Positions 13,201 to 24,889 of a stretch of 64,000 nucleotides of DNA are shown here, in pieces; positions within the stretch are counted from its first letter, which is position 1; every line of letters starts with the position of its first letter. The translations under genes were made by a program, and so were the position numbers. The DNA is taken from assembly GCA_009103225.1 (NCBI GenBank), contig RHPI01001507.1:549513-613512 (forward strand), written 5' to 3'. This DNA is from Chlorokybus atmophyticus (Eukaryota > Plantae > Mesostigma and Chlorokybus algae). The notes beneath the pieces are model-generated. The model was not told the origin of the DNA. It saw only the letters and a list, made by a program, of their open reading frames with translations, and searched no databases.

Positions 13201-14401
13201 GTTCGACGTGCCGTATGACATACAGCCACTGCCAGCCAAAGCATGCCAAGTACAGCTCGAATGGTTTTACTTGCCACCCAGTATGTTTGTTTAGGTAGTG
13301 GCACACATCTCAACCCGCATCAGTCGACATCGACAGGTACATCTGCTGCGACAGGTCAAAGTTCTGCTCCGCGGATAGGTCTTGCACATTGCCGGGTTGC
13401 TGTGGCAGCAACAACACCATCATATCGAGGACGGCGAGGGGCAACAACGTACTACGGATGGCCATATCGTGTTTGGGTTTCAACCACGGCCAATCCCCAG
13501 AAGTCTGTTAATACCGCACTCTTCAGATTTGCTCCCACTTATTGCATACTTTTGTCACCCACCTCGAGGCATGCCGCATGCGGTAATGCAGCGCGCCTTG
13601 GTCGTATTGTAGGGCGATCAACTCCTTTGCACTACGAGTCAGCCCCTCAAAGCGTCTACGCGTCGGGGCTTTGAGCTTAGGTAGCTCGTGCCGCACCGGC
13701 TGTCTCTCTGGACGATGCTTAGCAGCCACTTGGCGCTGTAAACCCGCCTGTGCGTACTTAGGACACACAGTCAGCCCCAGTGAGGCTTCAAGGCGCTGTG
13801 CTTCTTCTAACGTTGTAACAATGCCTCACCTTTCCTTTTTTAGTCCTGTCAGCGTCCCTTGTTCCAACAACCTTCTTCTTTTTTTGGGTGGTCAACCTGC
13901 ACATCTTGGCAAGCGCTCTCTGTGGCACTGTCACTCAGAGAAGGTAAGGCGTTATTTTCTTGCTCCACAGCCTTGCACTTGTTGGTTGCCTCCCGTTCCT
14001 CCACGACCTCATGTTGCTTCATGAGGTCGAGCATGAAGCCTTTGTTTTTCAGCGCAGCCTTTAGGACACCTTAATCAATCTCTTTACCAACAAAACAGGC
14101 TGAGATCAATGTGGCAAGCTTATAGGGAGAGGGCGAGCTAATGCTGCTTCTTGATGGAGATGCCTCCGGATGGTCAGAGTGCGGAAGCAAGTGAGTCTCC
14201 GCAGCAGGAAGGGAGGGTGCTGAATTGTTATTGCGAGCATGTGGCTGTGGTTGAGGGGAGGCAAGATGTGCAGAACAGTCGGCTACTTCTTGCCTAGCAC
14301 ACGAAGGCGAGGCCTGAGGCGTTGGCGCAGCACACGGGTCACAGCCGCTGGTAGCGGGGAATTGGCACTGCCATTCCGCCACTCTCCGATCAGGTCCGTT
14401 A

Positions 14402-15023
14402 CCTACGATGGCACTTCATGCATAGGCCACCATTGTTTGGTGCTTGCAGGCTTGAGGAGCTAAAAGTGTGCTTCTGGCTCATAAGGAGCAGTGTTGCCCA
14501 CCACCAGGACTGAGTTAGGGGCTTCTTTATTTTTGACCCAAACTGCGCTGCCGGGCCGTGGCACCCACTCCCCATGCTCGCGCTAAACGGTCACGCAAAT
14601 AATCAACAAGCCCAGCTTGTTGGCAAACATGGACATCTGCAGGTGCTCAACGTACACATCTTTTCTCCGCACAATTTGTCGCACCTTGGCCATGGCTATG
14701 TCAATGTCGCAATTGACATCAGCCAACATGGTCGCAGACAATTTATCGTAATACTGCACCATCTCTCCCGCGGCACCCATAGCTCTGCAGAAGTCCAGAA
14801 TTCTGCTCGCCACGCCTGCATCAACAGCCTTGGCGATGATTTTGCGGAGAGTGCCCCCCCTGCCGTCGTCGTCCATGGTGTTCAGTATGGCCCACAATCC
14901 GCTCGAGTTGGGGCACTTGTGATCATCCAGGACACTTTGCGCTATGGATGGCCTGGCGTGAAACACACATTGGTGGAAGCAATTACTATCCGTTGACGCA
15001 TTGAAGTGGTCCCATGAGGCGAG
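14402..15023 (-). pseudogene. Relic exon with OTU-like cysteine protease (deubiquitinase) motifs, with in-frame stops
   Basis: One frame gives HFNASTDSNCFHQCV (Cys at 14981-14979), then RKDVYVEHLQMSMFANKLGLLIICV, then EAHF*LL (His at 14468-14466); TAG stops at 14585-14583 and 14462-14460. Confidence 0.5.
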
Positions 15024-16629
15024 CTAGCCAACTAGCATGACTGATGGCCGTATGCGGGTTGCGGGCCGCTCCTCTGATGACTCGCTGGCAGGTGGTGACC
15101 CCTGCTGCATGCGCATACAGCACTCACATGGTGTGTCCAAATGTGGACGGCAAGAGTCGCAGCGACTGATAAAATACCTAAGTTTGAAGCAGATTGCCGG
15201 CTTCAACTTGCAGCGGGTGGGGTAAGGTAGGTGCAGAAGCGATATCGGTTGTTGCATTGTGCTGTGGTCTCGCCGGTCGCGGCAAGAAGGATTGTTGCCC
15301 CGCCTTCACCGGTGCTGCTCGTGGAGGAGATGGCAGTGCATGAAGGCCTGGTGCCGCGGAAGGTGGTTGCGCTCTGGCTGCAAGGGGAGCAGGAGCGGCA
15401 GGTGAGACCACTTGTGCATGCAGCAAGGGGGGCTGTATACAGGACCCAGGATAAGATGGCTCGCAATGTTGCAAAGGACGAATATAAGCTTATGCCTGAC
15501 TTATGCCTGACGCATTGTTACCAAGGCACAAGTATAAAAGACAGTGACTTACCTCAATGGCCCGTGGGCTGCATGGAGCAGAGGAAGCCACGGTGGCTGA
15601 CAAGGTGGTATTGGGTGCACTCTCCCCGCCACCCTCGATTGCGGACTCGTCACGGAGCTCGTGAGCCATGGGCACATCATGCGCCACTGCCCCAATGGAC
15701 ATGTCGAGATTCAACAGGCCAACATGCATGTTAAACTGATGCCGCATTGTCGCCGCGCCCATCAGCAAGTGGGATTGAAAGACTAGTTGATGGGATTGAA
15801 TCCAAGCTTGCACAGGAGTTCCAACAGGACCTAGTGCACTGTGGTGCTGTCAACAAATTACATGTGGGTTAGCTGCATGTTTGCGACACTGCAATTGCAA
15901 TAGTCAATTGCGTCACACCGTCATCAGTTGGTTGCTTCGAACAGTCACCTGCGGCATGCACGAATGATTGCATGGACTGCGTTATTGTTTGTTGATGCAC
16001 TACTGGTTGAATGCCGGACGAATAGCCACGCGCTCCTGTGCTCAAACCCAGCGTACTTCGTTCGGCACGCGCGCGCGACTTCGCACGCTCACGCACATCC
16101 TAGCATGCAAAGGTAGGCATGCATTGGAAGTGCATGCAGCTTACATGCACAGCGAGATTGGCAACAACAAACCACCGCCCAGATGTGTCTATCTGCTCTG
16201 GCTTCCGCAATGTCGGCTTGACTGTAGGGTGGTATGGGTGAATAGTGGAGGCCTGCAGCCACGCTACATGTATCATATAGACTGCGCTAAAATCATTTTA
16301 GCTTGCAAGGAAATGCATGTGACTGTTGAGCGTACCTTTGGATTCTGTTGTGCTTGTTCCCACAGTCGCAATTGGTCCCGCATGGTTCTAACAAGGGGCT
16401 CCAAGGATTGCAGCTTCTGATCCACTCCTTGTTGCAAAAAGCGAGCCACCAAGCAGCTCTCTGTGTACAGATGGTCCTTAATGGCTTGCCTGCTGGTTTG
16501 TTGGTGATGCATGTTGGACATGTTGACTTCAAATGCTGCATGCAACCATGCACAACAAGCATACACCGCACAGTGGTAAGAGCAGAGGTACACCGCCAAC
16601 GAAGTGACCAGAGAAGTGAATTAACTCAA

Positions 16630-19600
16630 TAACCCACAGCCTGTCGGCTCTGAGCCTTCAGTCTGGGTCCTACCAAAGAGCAGATCAGGCTGTACCAGTC
16701 CTAACTGCCTGCAGCCTATACATACAACTGCAGTCTATGAATAGCTTATCAAGTACCAGCTTAATAAGCTACAATAGGGCTAGCTAAGCTGACTGGACAA
16801 TAGCACATAAGTGTCATATGCTATATATGTAGAGAACACTGCATAACATGCTATATTCTCCACACTCCCACGCAGGCAGCTTGGCCAGCTCTGAATCTTC
16901 AGAACTTGGTCTTCTTTGTCTTCATCTTCACTGTCCCGATGCCCAGTCCTTCACAGCATGCCTTGAACTTCTTCATAGGCAGTGCCTTCGTCATAAAGTC
17001 AGCCAGCATCTCCTCAGTGCCACAGAAAACAAACTCAATGTCATTCCTCGCCACTCTGTCTCTCACTAAGTGGTGGTGCACATTAATGTGCTTGCTCCTC
17101 GCCGAAAGAATGGGATTATTCAGTAGTTTGACTGCTCTTTAGTTGTCACAGCGCATCTCCACGCTTCCACATGGATGACCAAGGTCTCCTAGCAGTTTCC
17201 TAAGCAAAAATGCCTCTTTCGTCGCTGCTGCAGAGGCCATGTACTCTGCTTCTGTAGTGGAAGCTGCCATTGTCGGTTCCACGTACATCAACAGCCACAC
17301 TTGCTTGCTCTCATGGGAGAACAAGCTTGGATCTGCCAGACTTGCAGTAATCCCAGCTTCTGGAGCTCCTTGCACAGTCTTGCATGCCACACCCGTGGTG
17401 CCTGCTTCAAGCCATACAATGCCTTCACCAATCTGCATGCTATACCAAGTGACCCCTCCTGATACCCTCTTGGTTGCTGAATGTAGATTCTCTCTTTCAG
17501 CTCCCCATACAAAAACGCTGTCTTGACATCCAAGTGATGGAACTTCAGGTTGTGTGCTGACACAATTGCCACCATAGCTCTAAAGGTTGCCAACTTCCCC
17601 GCCGGTGCAATGTTGACATACACACGTGCAAGTGACACGCCAACAACATCAACACAAGAGCATGACTGCTACTGCCGCCATAGCATCCGCACACATGCTA
17701 CATCGTGACCTCTTTTTTCTTCATTGCAACAAGTCTGGGCTTTATACCCCGCCAGTCTCTACACACGTCTACATTGGCAAGCACCGCGTGCGCTATACTC
17801 AGCCGATTGCTGTTCTGTAAGCTACGCTGTCTAGCTCACAACCAGAGCTTTTCAACAAGCTAAGCCACGCCTGCTAAGCTTACGTATCTACGAAGCTACG
17901 CGATTTCTCCCAAGGCTCTACCAAGCAGCCTGCTCCGGAGTCCGTCATGACTCGACCGTCTTGCTAAGTCTAAAGTCCACGCGCTTCTTCCTAGTACCTT
18001 CGACCCTCGACTCCTGTGTGAAGGGCAAGCTGACCGGATACAAGCATCACCCATGTAATACCTTCAACATGCAAACACCTCATTGAAGTCAACTCCTTCT
18101 TGCTGCAGAAACCCCTTGGCAACCAATGTGGCCTTGTACCTTTCAATGTTGCCAATGCCGTCCCTCTTCACCTTGAACACCCACTAGACAGGAATAGGCT
18201 TGACCCCTGCAGGTGGAACTTCAAGTTCCCATGTTGCATTGGCATGCAGCGAGGCTATCTCTTCATTCATTGCCTGACGCCAACTGTCTGCATCAGTCTT
18301 CAGGAGTGCTTCTTCATATGTCGTTGGCTCCACACTCTGTAAATTTGAGCCCGCCATATAGCCAAACTTCTTTTGAAAACGAACAGGACCCTTTTTGTCG
18401 CGCCCAGGATAATGCCCCCTGCCTTGCTGTTGGTTTTGCTCATGCTGATGACTCCTCTCATCTCTGCGTGCAGCGCTGCTCACTTTCTTAGGGCAGAGCT
18501 CCCTTTCTAAATCAGAACCACTGTCCACCAGATCTGGAACAGTTGTTGCTGTGCTAGACTTAGGCTGTTGTTGATTATCATCAGTGCCTTCATCTTCTGA
18601 AAAATCGCTGTCACTGATCTCCTGCAACTGATGTGCTCCCACGGCATCATGGAATACAACTTCTCTGCTAATCACAATTTTCTGAGTATCCTCCACCAGC
18701 ACCCTATAAGCCTTAGAGTCAGGCTCATAGCCAAGGAAAACACCTTTCTTGCTGACCGAGTCCAGCTTCTTCCTTTGCTGCTTGGGTGTCAACACATATG
18801 CAGTGCAGCCAAACACTCGCATGTTGCTGACGTCTGGAGCCTTCACGAAGAACAGCTCCCATGGAGTCTTTACTTGAGCACGCACTGACGATCTATTCTT
18901 GATGTAATTGGCTATCAAGACCGCTTCTGCCCACCAGCAATATCCCAACTTTGCATCACTCAACATAGCTCTAACTCTTTCCAATAAAGTCAGATTCAGC
19001 CTCTCTGCTGCACCATACTGCTGCGGAGTGTACGGGGCTGTTGTCTAATGCACAATGCTTTGTGAAGACCAGAATGCAGACAGCTCCCTGCTTAGGACTG
19101 ATGACTGTCTTCACAGATTTACCAGACACATTCTTCAACCACAGTACCACCTCTTTCACCACAGCTGGGACATATGACTTGAGCTTCACATGACGCACCG
19201 ATGACAGCTTGGAGAAGTCATTAAGGAAGGTGATAATGTAGAATACTCCCCCCTTCAATGGCTCTGGTAACGGACCACACACATCTGTGTGCACCAACTG
19301 TCCAACGTGCTCGCTGACGCTCTCAAAATTTTGAAAAGGTTGCCTATGCATCTTGGACAGCACACATGGCTCACAGAACACACCTCTGGACTGCTTGATC
19401 TGCGCCTTGCTCACATTGATGCCTCTAACCAGATCTTCAGCCACTAGACGATGAAGGTTGTCATACCCAAGGTGTCCAAACCTTCGATGGCAAAGTTTAG
19501 CTGACTCAGGGACTGTTGCCACCAATGCCTTTTCAGTCTCAGCTTTATCTATCATGTAGAGCCCCTCTTGCTGTTCCCTCGCGATGAGACACACCTTGTC

Positions 19601-20351
19601 ATCAACACGCAGACAGACCTCTCCTCCTTTTCGTAACAGATCACCTCCAGCCTTCAACGCAACCTTCATGGAGAAGAGGCTAGCCTGTGCGCGTGGGACA
19701 TGAAGAACCTTCTTCAGCTCCACCCTGTACACACCTTCTCCCACCTTGCATTGAAGCACTGCCTGGCCTGGACCCGCTACCTTCAGGCTCCCACCCAACA
19801 CATCCATAGTGCGGGGACTTGTCTGAATCTTGTAGTTCTGTAGCAGCCCAGCATCCACAGTAAGATGCTGCGTACAACCTGAATCAAACACTCACCCAAA
19901 CATCTGACTCTCTGTGGATGCTGTGAAGGCAACTGCTCCACCCACTCCTCTCTGTCCACCCTGTGAATTGCCCTTTGCTGATCTCAGCTGCTGACAATCA
20001 CTCTTCCTGTGCCCAACTTGGTCGCAATGGAAGCACTTCCCCTTGAAAGGCTTCTTCTAATCTTCACTCCTGTTGCCATTGTTGTTGTTTCTTGTACCAG
20101 CTCCTCCAAATGACTGCGCTCGAGCAGCGAACGCACTGGACTCTCCATCAGCCTCGTTGCCCTTGATCCTTAATTCTGCCTTCAACAGGATTGGCAATCT
20201 CTTTGAGGGACATCCTCTGATTTGTACTGATACCCTTCAACATAATCACAGCAATCTCAAACTCTTGTGGCAACCGAGACAACACATTCAAGCACAGATC
20301 ATCCTCTGAGACTGAATCTCCTATAGAGGTCAAATCATTTCTGAGCTTTTG
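16630..20351 (-). mobile_element. Decayed Ty1/Copia element (gag C-terminus, protease, GAG-pre-integrase, integrase, RT, RNase H, 3' LTR)
   Basis: Minus strand: QKLRNDLTSIGDSVSEDDL (gag), FDSGCTQHLT, HRRFGHLG, CEPCVLSKMHRQPF, VHTDVCGP, WAEAVLIANYIKNR, GVFLGYEPDSK, HHLDVKTAFLYG, KALYGLKQAPRVW, STTEAEY, HINVHHHLVRD, EMLADFMTKAL. PPT GTGGGAG abuts TGTGGAG at 16864; the far LTR boundary (~16630-16642) is uncertain. Confidence 0.9.
17611..18069 (-). mobile_element. Solo LTR (459 bp) inserted in the Copia RT
   Basis: TGTTGA...TCAACA termini; TSD TGCAA at 17606-17610 and 18070-18074; removal restores DFNEVFA|PAGKLATFR. Same family as 20352-20768. Confidence 0.95.
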
Positions 20352-21849
20352 TGTTGACATACACACGTGCAAGTGACACGCCAACAACATCAACACAAGA
20401 GCATGACTGCTACTGCCACTAATGCCATACAAGTCCAGGGGTTTTATACCCCGCCAGTTTCTACACACGTCTACATTTGCAAGCACCGCGTGCACAATAC
20501 TTAGCCTTTCAACGCGCTCTAAGTTGCGCTGTTTAGCTCACGACCAGAGCTTTCCAACAAGCCAAGCCACGCCTGCTAAGCTTACGTATCCACAAAGCTA
20601 CGCGGTTTCTCCCAACGCTCTACTCAGCATCTGGTCCGGGGTCCGTCCTGGCTCGACCATCTTGCTAAGTCCGGAGTCCACGTGCTCAGCCCATACAATC
20701 GACTCTCGACTCTTGTGTAGAGGGCAAGCTGACCGGATACAAGCATCACCCATGTGATACCTTCAACACTCCCACGCGGGCAGCTTGGTCTTCAACACCT
20801 CCAACATATTCGCAATCCTTGCTTCTCTTCTTCTTCCGAACGATGGCATAGAAGCTCTTTACCTCCTCTTGCTCCAGCTCCTCCACGCTTCCCACCAAAG
20901 CTTGCAGCTTGTTTGTAGAGAACATCTTGTCCTTCACAACAACTCGGGCCCCTTGGTTGGCCTTCAACTTCTTGCCCTTGTCTCTGTGATGCTCTTGATG
21001 TACATGCTCCTTGCTAACCTTCACTTGCTGCACCTTGCTCGCCAGCGCTTCCTTGTAGCTCCTTGCAGCTCCCACGGGCTCCGAGCTCCTTGTGTCAGCA
21101 ACCTTCTGTGCCTCCTCCTTGTTGCCATGACCTTGTGGTGTCTTAAACGCTATCTTCTCGACCACCCTTGTCTTTGCAACAACCTTATGCGCACCGTCCT
21201 CCTCGACATAGTAGAGTCCACCCCTGTTGATGCCTACTACATGCGTGACACCGCCAAGCTCTATACGAGCCTTGTCCGCATCAAACACAGCCCTTGCACC
21301 AACTATTGTGGCTCTACGTACTGAGAACAAATTAGCACATGCACCTGGCACATACGGTGTGTGAGAACAAACTAGCACATGCACCTGGCACATACAGTAC
21401 ATCCCTAAGCACAACCTCCTTCACCATACAACCAACCTTGCACCTCAGATTGGCATCTCCCTTTGCAACAGCTTCCAACATCTGCCGGTTCCCAAAATCC
21501 ACCCTAACCGGCTCAGTCAAAGGAGTGAGGTTGGCGAGCTTGCTTCTATCGCTTGTGAGATGCCTGTTCGCTCCCGTGTCCAGCACCCACCCACGATACT
21601 CCGCTCCCTCATCCGATGCATGAAAAGCAACCGCTCAATGCTCACCATCAGCCTTCTTCAACTTGGGACACTTCATCTTGATGTGACCACGCTCCCCGCA
21701 GTGCCAACACTCCACGTTGAAGCCTCGAACGCCCTTCCTCACATGATGCTTCGATGATGACGTGAATGCCATAACACCTCCAAGTGCTCCCTCCCCATCA
21801 TCGTCCTTCCTCAAGCGCTGCTCTTCTTGAAGTAACTAACCTTCAACAT
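20352..21849 (-). mobile_element. Second, internally deleted Copia element (gag end, zinc knuckle, protease, 3' LTR 20352-20768) nested at the gag of the first
   Basis: LLQEEQRLRK; ECWHCGERGHIKMKCP; WVLDTGANRHLT; LRDVLYVPG; PPT-like GCGTGGGAG next to LTR start TGTTGAAGG at 20768; LTR matches 17611-18069. Confidence 0.88.
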
Positions 21850-22030
21850 TTAGCTAGACTAAGCTGACTGGAGTCTATGAACGGCTAAACCTGGTCCTAA
21901 CCTCCAACACTTAGCTAGACTAAGCTGAATGGAGTCTAAGGACGGCTAAACCTGGTCTAAACCTCCAACACTTAGCTAGACTAAGCTGAATGGAGTCTAA
22001 GGACGGCTAAACCTGGTCTTAACTCCAACA
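21850..22030. repeat. Tandem repeat, 3 x ~61 bp
   Basis: ttagctagactaagctga(c/a)tggagtcta...ctccaacac at 21850, 21911 and 21972; each unit ends in CTCCAACA (TGTTGGAG on the minus strand, Copia-LTR-like terminus). Confidence 0.9.
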
Positions 22031-22543
22031 CAAGTGCGACTCTAGTGCGCGATATTAGACGTTCAAGACCGCCTCATTTTCGTTTTCGCGCCTCGTACAT
22101 TCGGGCGGGCCAACCGGCGGCGGCAGTGCCACTATCAGCTAAATCGGCGGCACCCGACTATCAGTTAGAGAGATGCATTGTAGTTCATCCGTAGGTGCAC
22201 CTCGTCATGAAGGTCGGCGCCAGTTGTCCAAATTGACCCCAGTGTTCAACCAGGCAACCGTCGCCAACCAATCGCAGCAGGACCCCGCGCTAACGCTCAG
22301 CACATCACAACAATTTCACCTGACACCGCAGTCGCAAGGGCAAGCTAGACTGCATGCGTTCTTGATGCAATGCGCACGTTGCTTCTTGCTCAACTTCTAA
22401 CTTGGATGCTTGCTTCTTTCATGACTGGCACAGTGACTCACTGCATGCGTTCTGGATACACTGTGCACGTTGTTCTTCTTTCGCAAATGTGAGGGTTGCA
22501 TCTTTCATGGCTGGCAGCATGACTCATGTGGTTATGCTTGCAG

Positions 22544-23756
22544 AGGGTCGATTGGAACCCCAGCCCAAACGCATTTGGCCGTGACGTAGCAACCTCGGCC
22601 GTCAGCAACCCTTCCCTAAGCAAGTGGAAGATTGGCAACGAGGTAAGCACTGTGTGACATTGTGACAATGTGTGTATGTGTGTAACGGATTGTTCTGCTG
22701 TGGTCAGCATTTGCGAGATGCCGTTGAAATCATAAACGGCCACTGGGTAGAGAGCCATGTTTATCCCAAAGAGGACACTATTCGTAACGTCATGTGTCAG
22801 ATGCTGTGAATGCTTAATGACCTCACTGCACCGCGACACTGACCAACCTGCCCGTGACAGCTAGTTGGCTTCGACCATGACGACGAGGCCGATGCGGCCA
22901 AGTTCTATGAGGTGTACTGGACGCCCAAGGAGTGCCCCTTCCACTGGAGTGTCGCCTTAAAGAAAGCTACGCAGGTTCGGTCTGAGAACGTCACCATGAT
23001 CAAGCATGTCCTTAAGAAGGAGTACAAGTGGACACTCTTAAACAGCAACAAGCGCAAGTGAGTTGGGTCCCTCACCACCATGTCTGCTATGCAACACTAC
23101 TTTCTTACTCAGCCTCCATACACACGTACGCATCTCGCCTAATGTAACCGATTCAATCAGGCACATCGACGCCCTAATGGACCTCGAGACCCAAAAAGCC
23201 CAGATGCGCAACGCGCTCCAAAGTAAGTCACAGGCACTATTCTAGCCTAGTGCAGGCTCAACTTGAACTATCTATATCGTGACTAATGCCTTGTTGGTAT
23301 GACTGTCGCAGACAAGTTATGGCGGAGATTTGAGGTGACCGACAATGCAGACCGGGAGCGGAGGAGATACATCCATGAATGGGGCAATCCCATAATCTGG
23401 CAAACGATCGTGCAATGCTAGTCTTGCGCTGTCACTACACCTGGTCGCTAGCAGCTGACAGTCAACCACCTCGCATATCTGTTGCTTACGGTGAGCACTT
23501 TAAACTCAATCATTAGCAATTCAGGAATGCTGTAGCCTCAAACTACAGGCTTGTAGGCGCGCTGCAGTGAATAGTGGCTTTCGATGCCACTAAGACATGC
23601 CTGTAAACTACGCAGGTGGAGCGCATTTTAAAGGGCAAGGATGGAGACCCTCTCCTAGTTGCCAACATCGACACACATGAAGAGTACCTCAGCGAAATCA
23701 ACACCATGATCATGTTAATGAAGCGGGAGATGAGGCGACGGTACGCAGCCCTCTAG
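22544..23756 (+). CDS. Multi-exon gene of unknown function (5' end not located; possibly a pseudogene, with the frame continuing to 23996)
   Basis: Phase-compatible GT-AG exons 22544-22642, 22861-23057, 23161-23222, 23312-23409, 23455-23490, 23616-23756 give RVDWNPSPNAFG...KFYEVYWTPKECPFHWSVALKK...HIDALMDLETQKAQMRNALQNKLWRRF...WGNPIIWQTI...NHLAYLLLTVERILKG...MRRRYAAL*. The 45-nt intron 23410-23454 has a weak donor. Confidence 0.6.
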
Positions 23757-24370
23757 CCATTCACCCTTGTGAAACGCCGCAGTGCATCTTGTGTTGAATA
23801 CTTAAGTGATCCCAATCGGCGCCGGCCGCAAGAGACAGCAGCTCGTGACCCGCTCCCTGTGGCAGAAGCGGCATTTGATTGGCTGGCACAACCGTTTGAG
23901 GAGGAAGAGCAAGCTCCGGCGTCTCCTCCACAGGCCCCAGTGCGTGGTGCTTTGTTCCATGATGACGAGCAAAGCAATGATGGAGAGGAGGTGTAGCGCA
24001 GTTGGTAGTCCGTTTAGCTGGTAGTGTACATAGCTGCAAGGCTTTTATGACTGAGTGTTGTGCATCTTAAACCAGCTCAGTCAATTGTCATTATGCTCAT
24101 GCATGTCAATACTTGCATCCCTACGATATACAACAGAACTGCAGGCATTCGAGTCACATAATCGAATTACAAGCCTTGGCAAGTGACTGAGAGACACTGT
24201 ACACATTTTTGGTACCTGTACACAACACAGGCACATCACGATGCTGGCAGCCAGTGATAGTCGCGTGTAGTCATGCTATGCAAATACATATAACGACAGT
24301 TAGGCATTAGTCACCTTCAGCTTAAATGATGCCTTATTCTATTGATAATTACCTAGTTGGTGCTTGCGAA

Positions 24371-24720
24371 TTAGGCTTAGTCGCCTGCGCTGGACTGGTG
24401 TGTAACCTGCAGGTGCCTGTCACATTGGCTGAGTCACCTAAGTAAGACTGATGTGTAATTTGCAAGTGCCTGCTAATTAGGTGTAGTCACCTGTTAAGGC
24501 CTGATGTGTAACTTACAGGTGCCCGTTGATTAGTTGTAGTTACCTGGTAAGGCCTGATAAGTAACTAAGAGGTGCCTGTTAATTATGTGTAGACACCTGT
24601 TAAGGCCCAATAAAAACTAACAGGTGGCTGCTAATTAGGCATAGTCACCTGTTAAGGCTTGATAGGTAACTACCAGGCGCCTGTTGATTAGGCATAGTCA
24701 ACTGTTAAAGACTGATTGTA
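24371..24720. repeat. Degenerate minisatellite, ~6-7 x ~53 bp
   Basis: Units like ttaggtgtagtcacctgttaaggcctgatgtgtaacttacaggtgcctgttaa, each carrying inverted CACCTG/CAGGTG. Confidence 0.85.
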
Positions 24721-24889
24721 ACGATAAGGGCCTGATAGTAACGGAAGATACTATCAGGTCCCTGTATCGAGATTACACGTGGACTGAGCCACGACAGTCA
24801 AAATTAGTATCCTCAGGTGCACGGCCGTTGCCAATATTTAGTCGGCCGGCAGGGGAAACATATTGCGACGCACGCAACACGTATGGTTA

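Noticed and set aside
24371-24720. Repeat array as a CRISPR
   Set aside because: Contiguous degenerate tandem units without unique spacers, eukaryotic context, no cas genes; same for 21850-22030.
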